Notes: generated from the sequence alone by a model not told the origin. Positions 1-11,190 are shown, counted from the stretch's first letter. The stretch: DNA of 64,000 bases from Candidatus Bathyarchaeota archaeon (GCA_963833575.1 CAWHXY010000007.1:128001-192000); one strand, 5' to 3'. Translations and numbers: made by a program.

Positions 1-1
1 T

Positions 2-1219
2 GTTGAATTTCAAAAATTAGTCACTCATCCTAACATCAAGAAGTTTAGGCCGAAAATTATTGTTGGTGGGTTTGGTGCTTGGCAGCTTGAACGTAAACAT
101 GTGTCTGACGGTTACGGTGTAGATTGCGTGCTTCTCGGTGGAAGACCGGAACCGATAGTTAATATTTTCAAGAAGGCAGTAAATGGCGAAGCGCTTCCAC
201 GGATTGTTAAAGCTGACGAATCAATCAGCAACTGGGATTACAACGCTTTAATGCCGCTAACTAAACACGCGGGTATTCATGGTGCTGTTGAGATTTCAAA
301 GGGGTGTGGAAGAAACTGTCAGTTCTGTACACCCACAATGCAGCACAAAATAGATGTGCCAATGGAAAAAATCATGAAAGAAGTCGCATTAACCACGGCT
401 GAAGGCAGCAACCACGTAACATTAGTCACAGAAGATCTCTTCCTATATGGTACAAAAGATAAACAGTTTATTCCAAACAAAGATGCCGTCGTAAACCTCG
501 TGAGGAGCGTCGCTAAATATCCAGGAGTTAAAAGCATTCAAGCATCCCACATGTCTTTGGCTCCAGCAGTTCATAATCCCCAAATGGTAAAAGAGCTTGC
601 AGAAATACTCATAGAACGCAGCTGGTACTCATTTGGCAAAAAGGCAATTATTACAGCCGAGACAGGAATTGAAACGGGCAGCCCGAGATTAATGAAGAAG
701 TACATGGCTGGCAAAATGTTGCCTTTTAAGCCCGAACAATGGCAAGAAGTTGTCGAACAAGCCTTCGGAATATTTAACGATAATGAGTGGTATCCACTTG
801 CAACATTGATTATCGGACTTCCAGACGAGAAAGAAGAGGACATATTGCAAACGCTTGAACTAATGGACAAGCTCAAAAGCTACAACGCATTTTACGTACC
901 CTTGTTCTTTGTACCCTTAGAGAACTGTGTACTAATGAACAAAAAAGGCGCTGAAATGGATTCTTTATCAAAAGCGCGATGGGACTTTTTCATAAAATGC
1001 TGGGAATACAACATTAAGATCTGGAAACCAACATTTCTCGAAAACCGTATCCCAAACCCATTTGTCTACAAAGCGATTGATCAATTTGTGATTCCTTACG
1101 TCGGCAGGGTAGCGGGTTTCTACTATGGTTTGACTCGCGGCGAGCAATTAAAGCAAGCTTTCTGGACTCTAAGTATGTCTCAGCCCGCAACAGTTAGAGC
1201 TAAACAAAAATCAAGTTAA
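2..1219 (+). CDS. B12-binding-domain radical SAM protein (5' truncated by window edge)
   Basis: Frame is open from nt 2. KIIVGGFG B12-binding-like motif, CxxxCxxC (GCGRNCQFC), GIETGS and IIGLPDE radical SAM motifs. Confidence 0.85.
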   Translation, partial: VEFQKLVTHPNIKKFRPKIIVGGFGAWQLERKHVSDGYGVDCVLLGGRPEPIVNIFKKAVNGEALPRIVKADESISNWDYNALMPLTKHAGIHGAVEISKGCGRNCQFCTPTMQHKIDVPMEKIMKEVALTTAEGSNHVTLVTEDLFLYGTKDKQFIPNKDAVVNLVRSVAKYPGVKSIQASHMSLAPAVHNPQMVKELAEILIERSWYSFGKKAIITAETGIETGSPRLMKKYMAGKMLPFKPEQWQEVVEQAFGIFNDNEWYPLATLIIGLPDEKEEDILQTLELMDKLKSYNAFYVPLFFVPLENCVLMNKKGAEMDSLSKARWDFFIKCWEYNIKIWKPTFLENRIPNPFVYKAIDQFVIPYVGRVAGFYYGLTRGEQLKQAFWTLSMSQPATVRAKQKSS

Positions 1220-2071
1220 TTCAGCAGTTTCTTCATCTGCTGTCTCTTGTTTTTCTTCTGTCTCATCTGCAGTTGGTTCTGTAGCAAGTTGCGGTAGCTT
1301 GAGAATTTTTCTTGCATGAGTAATGTACCCTGTATGGCCAGTCATTAATGTTTGAGGTCTGGTTTTTCCTCGTTCCACTTGCATTGCTCTCATCATGCAT
1401 TCGATTGTTTCGATGAAAACAAAGTTGTTCTCTCTTAATGCTTCTGTTGTTTTTACTACCTGGTCAATTGTGGGGCTAAACGAAACTAGGATACCTGAAG
1501 GTCTAAGCGCCTCGTATGCGTGAGGTACTACAAGCCATGGGACAGCCAAATCCAAGATCACAGCATCTACGTCTCTCTCTTCAATGCCCAATGTTACGTC
1601 GCCACTTTTCATCTCGACGTGATTTATTAGTTTTGAGCGTTCGAGATTTTTTGCCGCATTCTTTTGGAATTCACTGCGTAACTCATAAGTGTAAACTTTA
1701 CCTGTTGGGCCAACATAGTGTGCTAGAGCTGTAGTTAATGAGCCTGTTCCTGTTCCTGATTCCACCACGCGACTTCCTGGTCCGATTCCACTGAACATAA
1801 CGATTAAGGCAGCATCCTTAGGGTAAATAATCTGTGTGTTCCGTGAAGATTTCATAATATAATCTGTTAATGAAGGTTTGAGGGTGGTGAAGTAAATGCC
1901 TAGGCTACTTTTGATGGGCTCCCCGTATTCTTTACCGATTAATTCGTCGAGTTTGAGGTAGCCCTTGTGAGTGTGAAATGTTTGTCCTGCCTGCATTTTT
2001 ATCATGTAGGTTCGGCGTGCATCTAGGTAAATCAGGACATAGTCGCCTTCGGATATTTTTTGGTTAGCCAA
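1211..2071 (-). CDS. trmI: tRNA (adenine-N1)-methyltransferase, Gcd14/TrmI family
   Basis: TQIIYPKD, ESGTGTGSLT SAM motif, LDLAVPW, FSPTIDQV, GHTGY. Confidence 0.93.
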   Translation of the reverse strand: MANQKISEGDYVLIYLDARRTYMIKMQAGQTFHTHKGYLKLDELIGKEYGEPIKSSLGIYFTTLKPSLTDYIMKSSRNTQIIYPKDAALIVMFSGIGPGSRVVESGTGTGSLTTALAHYVGPTGKVYTYELRSEFQKNAAKNLERSKLINHVEMKSGDVTLGIEERDVDAVILDLAVPWLVVPHAYEALRPSGILVSFSPTIDQVVKTTEALRENNFVFIETIECMMRAMQVERGKTRPQTLMTGHTGYITHARKILKLPQLATEPTADETEEKQETADEETAELT

Positions 2072-2292
2072 CTGATTATGCCTCTTTTGGAAGTGAAAAT
2101 GCAGGTTGTGTCATTTAAGCTTTGAATTGCTGCTTTAAATATTAATTCAAAATTTCTCTGCTTGAACCCTAAAAATACTGTTTCCCTGGTATTCGAAGAA
2201 AAACTGGGAAAATGCACAATTCTTCTTTCAATTAATTTGGAAGGAAGTTGTGAAATAGACAGAGAAATAAGGCGAATAGAACCGTGCAGTTG

Positions 2293-2577
2293 CTATTTTT
2301 TTGTATTGTTCTCGTATTCTTCTACCATGTTTTTAACTTTCTTTTCAAGTTGCCGTTCATAAACATGTTCTGGAATGAGCGGCGGCAGAGTTTTCTTCTT
2401 ATGCAGATCAGCTATCGCAACAATTCGTCTCTCGCCAGTTTTAACCTTAGTATTTTTGCCATCCACGATATCGTCAAAGTCTTCCTGAGCTTCCACAATC
2501 CAGTAACCTTCAGCTTGTGTGACTGCTTTAACTTCATATAAACCCTTATAGTAGTAAAATTCGCTCATAAAAATCAC
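2293..2577 (-). CDS. hypothetical protein
   Basis: 94-aa ORF with natural composition; no motif recognised. Confidence 0.6.
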   Translation of the reverse strand: MIFMSEFYYYKGLYEVKAVTQAEGYWIVEAQEDFDDIVDGKNTKVKTGERRIVAIADLHKKKTLPPLIPEHVYERQLEKKVKNMVEEYENNTKK

Positions 2578-2731
2578 TGAATAACTATTATTTCTAAAGT
2601 AAATAAATACTCTCTTGCGTGAAGGGCTACAGCCGATATTCTTTACTTTTTTATAATTTTAACTCGGTTGTCAAAATTGCCTTCAAGTTTCCCAAACAAT
2701 TAAGGTTGTCTTGATCGTTGCTATTACTTGG

Positions 2732-4429
2732 TCACTTCAATGCTTCAGTTTTTTTGCAGACATTTGAAATAACGGAAATAATCGTGAACATGGTAAATAT
2801 GCTAAATATCCTGGTATACTTGGAAAGCCCTGCTTTTTGTACGACCTCGACTTTTCCGCCAGCCTTCAAATAACCGTTTATGAATGCTTTAGCAATCGCT
2901 TCAGCTTTAGCTTTTCCGTAAAGCGGTTGAATGTAGTGACCGGAGTAATACAGAAACACTGCTACATCCCAGGCTTTGTCGCCGCCTTTTGTGGCTTGCT
3001 CAAAATCAATCATATAAATTGTCCCGTCTTTTTTAACCAACATGTTTTCTGGTTTAGTATCTCCCAGTGCGATATCGCAAGAATGAACGTTAGCCATTGT
3101 TTCGCCTGCTTTGCCTAATTCAGCGAGTTCCTCTTCAAAGGTTTGGCCTTTTTTAGCTGTAGATATTCGTTTTATAGCTTGAGTAAGATTCTCTCCGTCG
3201 ATGTACTCCATGAAAACTAAGCGTTCAGCGTTACTTACATGCAAGATTTTTGGTACATGAAACCCTTTGTTATACAGAAACTCGTTTATTGCACATTCTT
3301 TTGCAAATCTAGCTTGAGCAGCTATGGCATACGGTCTTGCACTAAGGGACCAAACCGTAAGCGGAAACCATTTGAATCCAGACCAGTCTTTAAAGCGTTT
3401 TGCCAGCACCTTTGTTTCGTTGCCGTTTCCTTGTACATTGATCAGGTAAACATCATTTAGCATTCCGCCGATAGGTTTGACGTCAATGTCTGCGCTTTTA
3501 TCTTTCAAAAGCATCTTTTGAGCGTAACCCTTAATGTCAATTTTATCAGACAATGAAAGCAAACCTGTAGATGTCTGAAAGAAAATATATTTTTGAGGAT
3601 CAACAAAGAAGTACGGTTGATCTGGCTGCTTTATCCAATTAATTTTCTGGGTCCTAAGGAACGCCTCAGTATTCTGTGAAAAAATGTTAACTAGCTGAGG
3701 AAAGGTCCCGAAAATTGATGAGAATAATCGTCTGGGAGCATTTTTTGATAAATTAACGATTTTAATTCTGGGGTCTTGACATTGTTTCAAAATTTTTTCT
3801 GATATTTTCACATAATCATTTAGCAAGAAAACTTTTTCTTCAGTTTCAAGCTGCTTTAGAGCTTCATTATAAGGACGTAGAAATTCGGCTTCATTTAACT
3901 GTACTCCATTTACCAAGCTAGATGTGTCATAAGTGAGCAATGGGAAAATTCGGATCCTACTGAAAAGTATCTCATAGAGGAAATATTGCGGTTTAATTTG
4001 CATTCTATAAGTAAGCTCTGGAAAATTTGATGCCAAGTTTTCTATCAATTCAAGAATTAGACGTTTTTTTAGGCTTACTTCTTTTTTATGTAAATACTCT
4101 TCGCCATCAAGTGCAGAGTGTGGAAAAATGAGTTTGCTTGCGATAGCTTCTCCTAAAAGGCCTATTTCGATATCTCGCTCAAAAACCCATTGGTCAACCG
4201 CAAAAATGAAAATGGTTTTTTCGTTTACTGTTTTTATGTAACTCAATATTCTTGCTGGAAATGGGTTGATTACAAGCATGATGTTAATTATTGTCTTGTC
4301 GTTAATTGATTTCATTGTATTATTGTCAACATGAGCTATCGCTATGATGTTTGAGGAGCCAGCGATATGTCTGCAAAAATCAAGTATCTGGGTATTTAAT
4401 TCATTGTCTTTGATGATGATTTGTTTCAA
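2732..4429 (-). CDS. Kdo/RIO/Bud32-like kinase with long N-terminal (possibly nucleotidyltransferase-like) region
   Basis: C-terminal VLAKRF, VPKILHV, FMEYIDG, GDTKPENML, IDFEQ, WDVA kinase-fold motifs. Confidence 0.75.
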   Translation of the reverse strand: MKQIIIKDNELNTQILDFCRHIAGSSNIIAIAHVDNNTMKSINDKTIINIMLVINPFPARILSYIKTVNEKTIFIFAVDQWVFERDIEIGLLGEAIASKLIFPHSALDGEEYLHKKEVSLKKRLILELIENLASNFPELTYRMQIKPQYFLYEILFSRIRIFPLLTYDTSSLVNGVQLNEAEFLRPYNEALKQLETEEKVFLLNDYVKISEKILKQCQDPRIKIVNLSKNAPRRLFSSIFGTFPQLVNIFSQNTEAFLRTQKINWIKQPDQPYFFVDPQKYIFFQTSTGLLSLSDKIDIKGYAQKMLLKDKSADIDVKPIGGMLNDVYLINVQGNGNETKVLAKRFKDWSGFKWFPLTVWSLSARPYAIAAQARFAKECAINEFLYNKGFHVPKILHVSNAERLVFMEYIDGENLTQAIKRISTAKKGQTFEEELAELGKAGETMANVHSCDIALGDTKPENMLVKKDGTIYMIDFEQATKGGDKAWDVAVFLYYSGHYIQPLYGKAKAEAIAKAFINGYLKAGGKVEVVQKAGLSKYTRIFSIFTMFTIISVISNVCKKTEALK

Positions 4430-4566
4430 CTAGACACCGAAACTTTAGCTAATATAGAATTAACATGTTGGTATATTTAAAACGCGGTTCCAAGAACCAG
4501 AATTTCTCAAAAATTTTAGTTAAAATTAGGGTAGACGGCTCTTTTGAGCCGCCGCAAGTTTTTTGC

Positions 4567-4998
4567 TTAGCTGATTAATGGTAAGTGACTTGTTGAAGTG
4601 TTTCTGCTTTTATTGGTCATTATGGTCATTGGTGGCTGAGTTGATGTTTCACTCGTTAATCCTGAGTTTGTTGATGATATTTTTCTGCAGATCAGGTTTA
4701 ACGATTCTTCGGTGAAGCTGAGCATGTTTTGCCCATTGCTTGTTAGGCTGTACATTTTCCTTGGTCTCTCGCTGTTCATGTTCCATTGGCTTTTTACAAA
4801 GCCTTTCTTTTCAAGGGTGCCTAACAAGGGGTAAATTGTGCTGGGGCCGAAATATACGCCGAAGTTTTTGCGAATTTTTGTTATAACTTGATAGCCATGC
4901 ATTGGTTGGGCGCTTAGGAATTGTAATATTATGAGGTCTAGCAAACCTTTCATAAGTTTATTTGAAACTTCTTTTTGTGAGTTTACCGTTCTTAACAT
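4567..4998 (-). CDS. PadR-family transcriptional regulator
   Basis: GLLDLIILQFL..PMHGYQV, PSTIYPLL..LEKKG, RKMYSLT. Likely start ATG 4998 rather than GTG 5073. Confidence 0.88.
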   Translation of the reverse strand: MLRTVNSQKEVSNKLMKGLLDLIILQFLSAQPMHGYQVITKIRKNFGVYFGPSTIYPLLGTLEKKGFVKSQWNMNSERPRKMYSLTSNGQNMLSFTEESLNLICRKISSTNSGLTSETSTQPPMTIMTNKSRNTSTSHLPLIS

Positions 4999-5240
4999 TT
5001 TTGTTATTCCCCTGTATTTTTGTTGAACAGTCTTTCTGTTCTGCTTGTGTACAATATGTCCTTTATCGGACACATTTCTTATCTTGAGTATTGAATATTA
5101 ATACACGCTCATATAAAGCTTCATACATACCGTAAGCATATAAAAACATAGCCAGTCATATCAGCATCAGGAAAAGTTAACGCAACATAAATTAATCTAA
5201 ACATCAACCATTCACAAATAACCGTTTGCAGGAAAAAACA

Positions 5241-5570
5241 ATGCCTGAAACCTACCGAAAAGAAATTGTACAACACATAATCAGAAACTTACTAGATATC
5301 AAACTGTTGCGCATCGTACAATCCCAACCCACATGGGGATACAAAATCAAAAAACAAATAGAAACAGATTTCAATCTGAAATTGAGACATGGCGCCCTAT
5401 ACCCCGCACTAAACATTCTTGAAAAAAAGGGCTTCCTTGAATGTAAAAAACAAAAGAAAGGCAAACGAGCCCGAAAAGTGTATACAATAACAGAAAACGG
5501 AAAAATCTATCTGCAAACCTACTACGACATAATAAAAGAACTTCTTGAAGAAAAAACCCAATCACCCTGA
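5241..5570 (+). CDS. PadR-family transcriptional regulator
   Basis: WGYKIKK, GALYPALNILEKKG, RKVYTITENG. Divergent from the neighbouring PadR gene. Confidence 0.88.
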   Translation: MPETYRKEIVQHIIRNLLDIKLLRIVQSQPTWGYKIKKQIETDFNLKLRHGALYPALNILEKKGFLECKKQKKGKRARKVYTITENGKIYLQTYYDIIKELLEEKTQSP

Positions 5571-5725
5571 GTTTGCATTCATTTTAGCTTTAGGGTAAAT
5601 AGTAATTTAAGAAAGTTTTAGCTCTCATTCATTTGGACTAAACCGTTGCAGTTAAATAAACGATAGAGAAGCATGAAAAAGCTTTTATTCTTAATACGCT
5701 GACAGAAAAACAGAGGAAAATTCAA

Positions 5726-6391
5726 ATGACAATTGAATCAAACAAAATTCTAGGCGGCGTAGGCGCACTATTAATGTTTGTTGGCATATTTCCATACATC
5801 GACAGTTTTGGGATCGTCGAACTTATTGGGGCAATACTTGTTCTAGTCGCACTACATGGTTTCGCCAGCTTCTACAAAGAAAATGGAATCTTCAGCAATG
5901 CACTTTACGGGATAATCGCCGGCATAGTTGGTGTGGTAGTTGCGGCGGCAGTTGGAATTGCAATCGTTCTGCCAAAGCTTCAAGATTTCTTGACAAAGCT
6001 TGGATATACTTGGAACGGCAACTTATCAACCCTTTCATCTCTTTCAGGACAGACACCAAACACCAGCAACATCAATTTTTCAGACGTTGTACCTTTCATA
6101 ACAGCAGCCATTGTGATTTTCGTTATTATATGGGTATTTGCAATAATCACAACTTTCCTTGTAAGGCGTTCACTTAGACAACTTTCAGCAAAAACAAATG
6201 TAGGCTTATTCTCAACTACAGGATTACTACTATTGATAGGCGCAGTACTGATCATAGCGTTTGGGTTAGGCCTCATTTTAATGTGGATAGCTACGTTAAT
6301 TTTGGCAATCGCCTTCTTCACAATGAAACCACAAGAAGCCCAACCACCCCAAATGGCAACAACGACTTCTCCAACGCCGACACCAGTTTAA
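5726..6391 (+). CDS. DUF996-like membrane protein
   Basis: KILGGVGALL start, about 6 TM helices, GIILILAIAFF-type end, Pro-rich tail. Confidence 0.75.
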   Translation: MTIESNKILGGVGALLMFVGIFPYIDSFGIVELIGAILVLVALHGFASFYKENGIFSNALYGIIAGIVGVVVAAAVGIAIVLPKLQDFLTKLGYTWNGNLSTLSSLSGQTPNTSNINFSDVVPFITAAIVIFVIIWVFAIITTFLVRRSLRQLSAKTNVGLFSTTGLLLLIGAVLIIAFGLGLILMWIATLILAIAFFTMKPQEAQPPQMATTTSPTPTPV

Positions 6392-6442
6392 CCAATAAAC
6401 AATATTTTTCCTTTTTTTATTTTTAAGAATTTTTAGACAGTT

Positions 6443-6613
6443 TTATGTTCGGGGAACGTAGATTTCTAAATTATTGTACATTGAATGATTGATTGTAATT
6501 TTGAAGTTGTGGTGGCATTTTTTACAGTTGTAGGCTTCAATAGTAAAACTGTAGTTAGTTAGTGTCCTAGAAGGTTTGTCAACTTCTTTGCCACAACTAG
6601 GACAATGAACCAT
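6443..6613 (-). CDS. small zinc-ribbon protein, Cren7-like (56 aa, not in ORF track)
   Basis: Hand translation: MVHCPSCGKEVDKPSRTLTNYSFTIEAYNCKKCHHNFK..., two CxxC pairs. Confidence 0.6.
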   Translation of the reverse strand: MVHCPSCGKEVDKPSRTLTNYSFTIEAYNCKKCHHNFKITINHSMYNNLEIYVPRT

Positions 6614-6870
6614 TAGTATCAATCTTCTCTTGGATAAAATAAGAATATGAATGTTATGAACTCAAAATATGCAATAACGGTATCTAATTACTTCACATTC
6701 TAACGCAAATGAGATTCTATTACGATAAATAATTGCTAACGCTTTTAGCGCTTATCCAAAGATAGGTTGTTCTTGAAAGCTCTTTTTCTTATAAAGTATA
6801 TTATAGAACTGATCAACAGTCATACTTTCTTGCTTGGTTTGCTGACATGTTTAACAAGAACAGAGTTCTT

Positions 6871-6930
6871 GGGCGCGAAAAGTGGTGCTCTGCACGAAAG
6901 ATGTTCGCTATTTGAGGTGTTTTTGCGCCT
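6871..6930. repeat. dispersed imperfect palindromic repeat, copy 1
   Basis: Core gtgctctgcacgaaagatgttcgct matches 22/25 the core at 13326-13350. Ends ggcgcgaaaa / tttttgcgcc can pair. Confidence 0.65.
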
Positions 6931-6991
6931 ACTTTGACCCATATTGTGCTAATATTTATATGCAAAACTAACAAGATTAAACTCGACTAAA

Positions 6992-7366
6992 ATGGACAAA
7001 TTCTCAATTATCGATTGTGTGATTTACTGGGATACAAGAAAAGAAATCACGAAGCAAGCAAAGGAAGCAATAATCCGAGATCTGAAGGGATTGTCCGCTA
7101 CTATCGAAAGGGCACTTCTATATTTGAAGGACACAGCGCTTGATAAGAAATTCCCAGAACTCAGGTTTCCTCTTGGAGATAGCTGGGAGTATAAGGTGTT
7201 TCTGCATATTTTCGACGGACCAGACCCTCTTTATTACCGCCTCTGTATACAGAAATCCAATACAGACGAGACTGTAGCAGAGTTAGTGAGTGAAAAAAAT
7301 CACATCTCCTCTTACGTTTTAGAAGGTGCTCGCGTCGGTTTTTTTGAAAGCGAGGTTATTAAATAA
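6992..7366 (+). CDS. hypothetical protein
   Basis: 124-aa ATG ORF with upstream TATA-like tttata. Confidence 0.6.
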   Translation: MDKFSIIDCVIYWDTRKEITKQAKEAIIRDLKGLSATIERALLYLKDTALDKKFPELRFPLGDSWEYKVFLHIFDGPDPLYYRLCIQKSNTDETVAELVSEKNHISSYVLEGARVGFFESEVIK

Positions 7367-7576
7367 GCGCAAAGCTTTACGCGCTCAATGTAACGTTAAC
7401 CTGGAATAACTGGATTTTGGGTCTTGGACTGTCAAAAAACTGCTTTCTGATAACTCTTGTGCCGGACAATTACTTAAGTAATGAATTTCAAATTCATATA
7501 TTTTATATTTATTTCAAGTCATTATGCATATTGTTAACATCTAACTCGATATGTTTAGTCAAGAGGTGACTATCAA

Positions 7577-7780
7577 GTGAGTTGTCAAGTTGAAAAACAC
7601 AGAAAGGTTCCATCAGATGACAAACGCCTTTCAATAGTACAACATCTGAAACAAGAACGCGAGCTAAAAGAAGACCTAAACATAATCGCGGAATATGTTT
7701 CCTTGAACGACATGCCTTTAAAGGAGAGAAGGAAAGAAGCAGAAAAACCTCTATACTTGGCAAGATGCTATGATGAATAG
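7577..7780 (+). CDS. small hypothetical protein
   Basis: 67-aa charged ORF; no motif. Confidence 0.35.
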   Translation: MSCQVEKHRKVPSDDKRLSIVQHLKQERELKEDLNIIAEYVSLNDMPLKERRKEAEKPLYLARCYDE

Positions 7781-8056
7781 CGTAGCTGAATTATTCTTGC
7801 TTCTAAAAGACAAATTATTGGTTTTAGGCTCAACCTCACGAATGCCTTCATATTCTTGCTTCTAGCAATGATTGCTGCCAGCGGCGGGCTTGTGCTTAAG
7901 TATAAGGTGACCAAATGTTTCCCCATAAAGTTAGACTCCAGCCTAAATCTCTAAACCGTCTCAAACGACGGTAGTTTTTTAAAACAAAACTAAACATCAA
8001 CTTTAGGTGACAAACTTTAAGAACAAAGTACGGCAAATAAGACTTAATGATAAATT

Positions 8057-8776
8057 TTGTCCCTGAAAGACAAACTTAGGGCTCTTTTCAAAGTTTTGTT
8101 AGCAGCCTTATTGTTTTTTGGCACGCAGACAATCGGTCTCGCTGGTTTTTTGGGTCCAATGATTACTCCTTTGTTGTTTTACATATTCATGATTCCTAAC
8201 AATCAACATGCATGGCTAGATTTTTACTGGGTTTGGCATATTGATAATGTTACATTATTAGGTTAAGTCATTTTCTATGCTGGATTAGTGATATTCTGTC
8301 TTGCATTGATACAATGGTTTTGGTACCATCATAAGAAGGTGAGATTATTCTCTAACGGGTTATATTCTAGGGTTAGGCATCCGCAGTTTTTGGGCATAAT
8401 TGTTATGTCTTTAGGACTGACCATAAAGGGATCGATTAGCGTTGGTCATAGTTCAACAGTCACTTTACTTGTTCCTCATTTGCCTGATGCACACGTCGGC
8501 TTGTCTGAATTTGTGGGTTTGTGGTTCTTGGAAGTTTTAGGCTACCTTGTTTTCGCTATGTACGAAGAACGCTACTTATCCAAGAAATTTAGCAATTACA
8601 ATGAATACAAGCAGAAAGTGGCTTTATTGTTGCCAATAAAAAATCCAAAAAGAATCCCTGAGGGGATATTCACTGTTCTCTTAGTTATTGGAATATGTGT
8701 TATTCTCTTTTTATTGCCGTATGACTTTATCCGTGTTAACAGTTACAGGTATATTCCTGCTTTTCAATTCCCTTGA
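8057..8776 (+). pseudogene. isoprenylcysteine carboxyl methyltransferase/DUF1295-like membrane protein with in-frame TAA at 8264-8266
   Basis: ORFs 8057-8266 and 8288-8776 share a frame (LLG*VIFYAGLVIFCL). Motifs GLYSRVRHPQFLG and EERYLSKKF. Confidence 0.75.
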
Positions 8777-8811
8777 CTAAACGAATTAAATCCCGTTTGT
8801 CTAAGGTCAGC

Positions 8812-8871
8812 TTAGCGCGCTGGCTTGTCCCTTTTTTAGGTGGTAAAAGATTAGCGCGCTGGCTTGTCCCT
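8812..8871. repeat. tandem duplication of the IS left end (21 bp x2)
   Basis: ttagcgcgctggcttgtccct at 8812-8832 and 8851-8871. Confidence 0.9.
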
Positions 8872-9963
8872 AAATTGAAAAGCTTATAACTAGAAATTGG
8901 GTCTCGTATCATTTGAGAACCAATCAGACAAGGAAGTGATCCCTGCGAGACAGGATGAACACGAGACCCTTGAAACCCTTTTCAAAAACGTAGACTTAAG
9001 CTTTGCTAACAACCTCATAAAACAGTGCTATCATGCTAGCGGCCCTGGAAGGCCACCCAGAAATCCAACAGGCATTTTTAGAGCATTTCTAGTAATGCGA
9101 ATGAAAGCCATACGCAGCCTAAGAGAAATGACACGCATTCTAAACACCGATTTAAGAATCAGAAAGCTCTGCCTAATCAAAGACAACCAAAAAGGCTACA
9201 CGCGAAGCGTAATGAGCCGATTTTCCAAACGCGTAGGCCAAGACAACCTCAACAGAATAATCGATCAAAAAGTAATCAAACTTCTAAAAGGTCAACAAAG
9301 CAATGAAGTTGACGTGGTTTTGGATGCTTCTTTCATTAAAGCTTGGAGCATTCGTCATCCAACAGATAATCAAACTGGCTATTCGGATGCTGATGCAAGA
9401 GTTGGCAGATCCGGACGATCATTTTCGTTAGGCTATAAAATGCATCTGTCGATTGACCACAAAACTATGCTTCCTCTTTCAAGCGTCTTTGCTTCTGCAA
9501 ACCCAAAACGAGAAGAAACATTCCTTGACTTTACTTGAAAAAGCCAAGCGAGTTCTTCAGCGGTGCAAAGCCAAGGTTAGAAGTGTAGTTGCGGATAGTC
9601 AATATAGCGATTCTAAGCTTAGGTGTGCTGTGGAGAAGGCAACTATTCCTTATCCTGCGAATCACATGAAGGGTGTTGTGGGTCTTTTGAGGGTTGATAG
9701 GAAGTTTAGGACTTATGGGTCTGATGAGGACAAGATAGAGTATCATAAGAGACCGCCGATTGAGGCGGTGAACAGTTTTCTTAAGACTCAGTTTAGCTTA
9801 GCTAACAACAAAGTCAGAGGACTAGCGCAAGTGACATTCTATGCATTGTGCAGCATTCTTTGTCTTGTACTAAACAGAGAGGCAGCTGAGAGGATTGGCA
9901 GATCTGAAAAGGCAGTCTCACCAACTTACTTCAACACTTAATTTAGGGACAAAGCGGCGCGCT
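8853..9963 (+). mobile_element. IS5/IS1182-like insertion sequence, copy 1; transposase frameshifted (+1 near 9503)
   Basis: TIRs agcgcgctggcttgtccctaaatt / aatttagggacaaagcggcgcgct. ORFs 8897-9538 and 9453-9941 carry GRPP, LDASFI, GYKMH, ADSQY, RPPIEAVNS (DDE) motifs. Confidence 0.88.
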
Positions 9964-10164
9964 TGCTTGCATGGTGACAGAGCGGAGTTTGAGTCTGAAG
10001 TAGTTCTCGCTGATCTTTTTGGCAAAGCTGCGGAAACACTTCACAGATATACTGAAAAAAAGAGTCAACCTCAAGAGGAAGGCGCGTGAAGAACAAAAAG
10101 AACGCTTTCGCTCATTACAACCAAAGTTGAAAGGCTTACGGCCTTTCTTTGAGTTTTGGTCGCT

Positions 10165-10836
10165 TTAAGCGTGTGGAACGCCGACTAGCTGGATGCCTGC
10201 GCCTTTGATCTTGTAGCGTAGGTTGATGGCGATAAGCGCCGCTGTCATGGTTTCAACGACTACTGCGTTCTCGATTGCGCCTGCATCGTAGGCGTCTATG
10301 CCGATTTTCTTTATCATACCTATAACCATGTCGCGTGTTTCTCTATTTGCGCCGACGACTAGAACGTTTGTTTCTATTTTCTCGTCAAATTTCTCTAGTT
10401 GCTCTGGGCTTATGTTCTGGAATGCATCAACTACTTTTGCTTCAGGACCTATGAAAGTCTGTATTTCCTGGGCGATTGAGCCTGCAGGGTTGATTCTTGC
10501 TCGGCTTTTCTTTTCAGCATCAAGTGATGAGGCTATGTTGATTATGATTTTTCCTGGTGTGACTGGTTTGATGTCTTCAAGTATGGGTTTCATTCCGTCG
10601 TATGGAATAGCGAGGAGTACAATGTCGGCTTTGGCTGTTGCGTCGCGATTGGTGGAGCCTTCAGCTGTAAGAACGTTGAATTCGGTGTTGAGATTATAAG
10701 CCGCGTTTATGGCCTTTTCAGAAGAACGAGATCCGATAATTGTGCGAAAACCTGCTCTAGCAAATCTAGCGGCAATCGCAAATCCTTCTTTACCCGTTCC
10801 ACCGATTATAGCTATTGAGGATTTATTTTGTGACAT
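10165..10836 (-). CDS. npdG: NADPH-dependent F420 reductase
   Basis: IAIIGGTGKEG, IIGSRS, LLAIPY, AFQNIS, DAGAIENAVVVETMT, INLRYK..GAGI. Confidence 0.88.
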   Translation of the reverse strand: MSQNKSSIAIIGGTGKEGFAIAARFARAGFRTIIGSRSSEKAINAAYNLNTEFNVLTAEGSTNRDATAKADIVLLAIPYDGMKPILEDIKPVTPGKIIINIASSLDAEKKSRARINPAGSIAQEIQTFIGPEAKVVDAFQNISPEQLEKFDEKIETNVLVVGANRETRDMVIGMIKKIGIDAYDAGAIENAVVVETMTAALIAINLRYKIKGAGIQLVGVPHA

Positions 10837-11190
10837 TTTTAATCATCCTATATGTTTATATATTTGACTCGTTCAGTAGCAACGATGTATATAAACATTT
10901 CTTATCTAATGACTATTTTTGAATAATTCTTTCACTAAAATGCATCTGCGGCCGATTATGTTTTATCAACTAGTGCGGTCAGAACTCTTCTAAACATGAT
11001 CCGCGCAGAAATTTCACTTTGCTCATTGCTTTTGTAAAGTCTTTCTGTTGGAAAGAATACCCGCGCTATTAAGCCAAAAAGTCAGTAAACCCTTGAGACT
11101 CTATTCTTTTTTGCTCTTAGCGCGGTCAACATTTTATTGATAAGAAAGTCTCTTTAACTGGTGGCAATAATAGCCTAAACACTAAGAGGC

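Noticed and set aside
9490-9515. programmed frameshift in the IS copy 1 transposase
   Set aside because: Copy 2 reads through the same ANQNE segment in one frame, so a single-base insertion is the simpler explanation.
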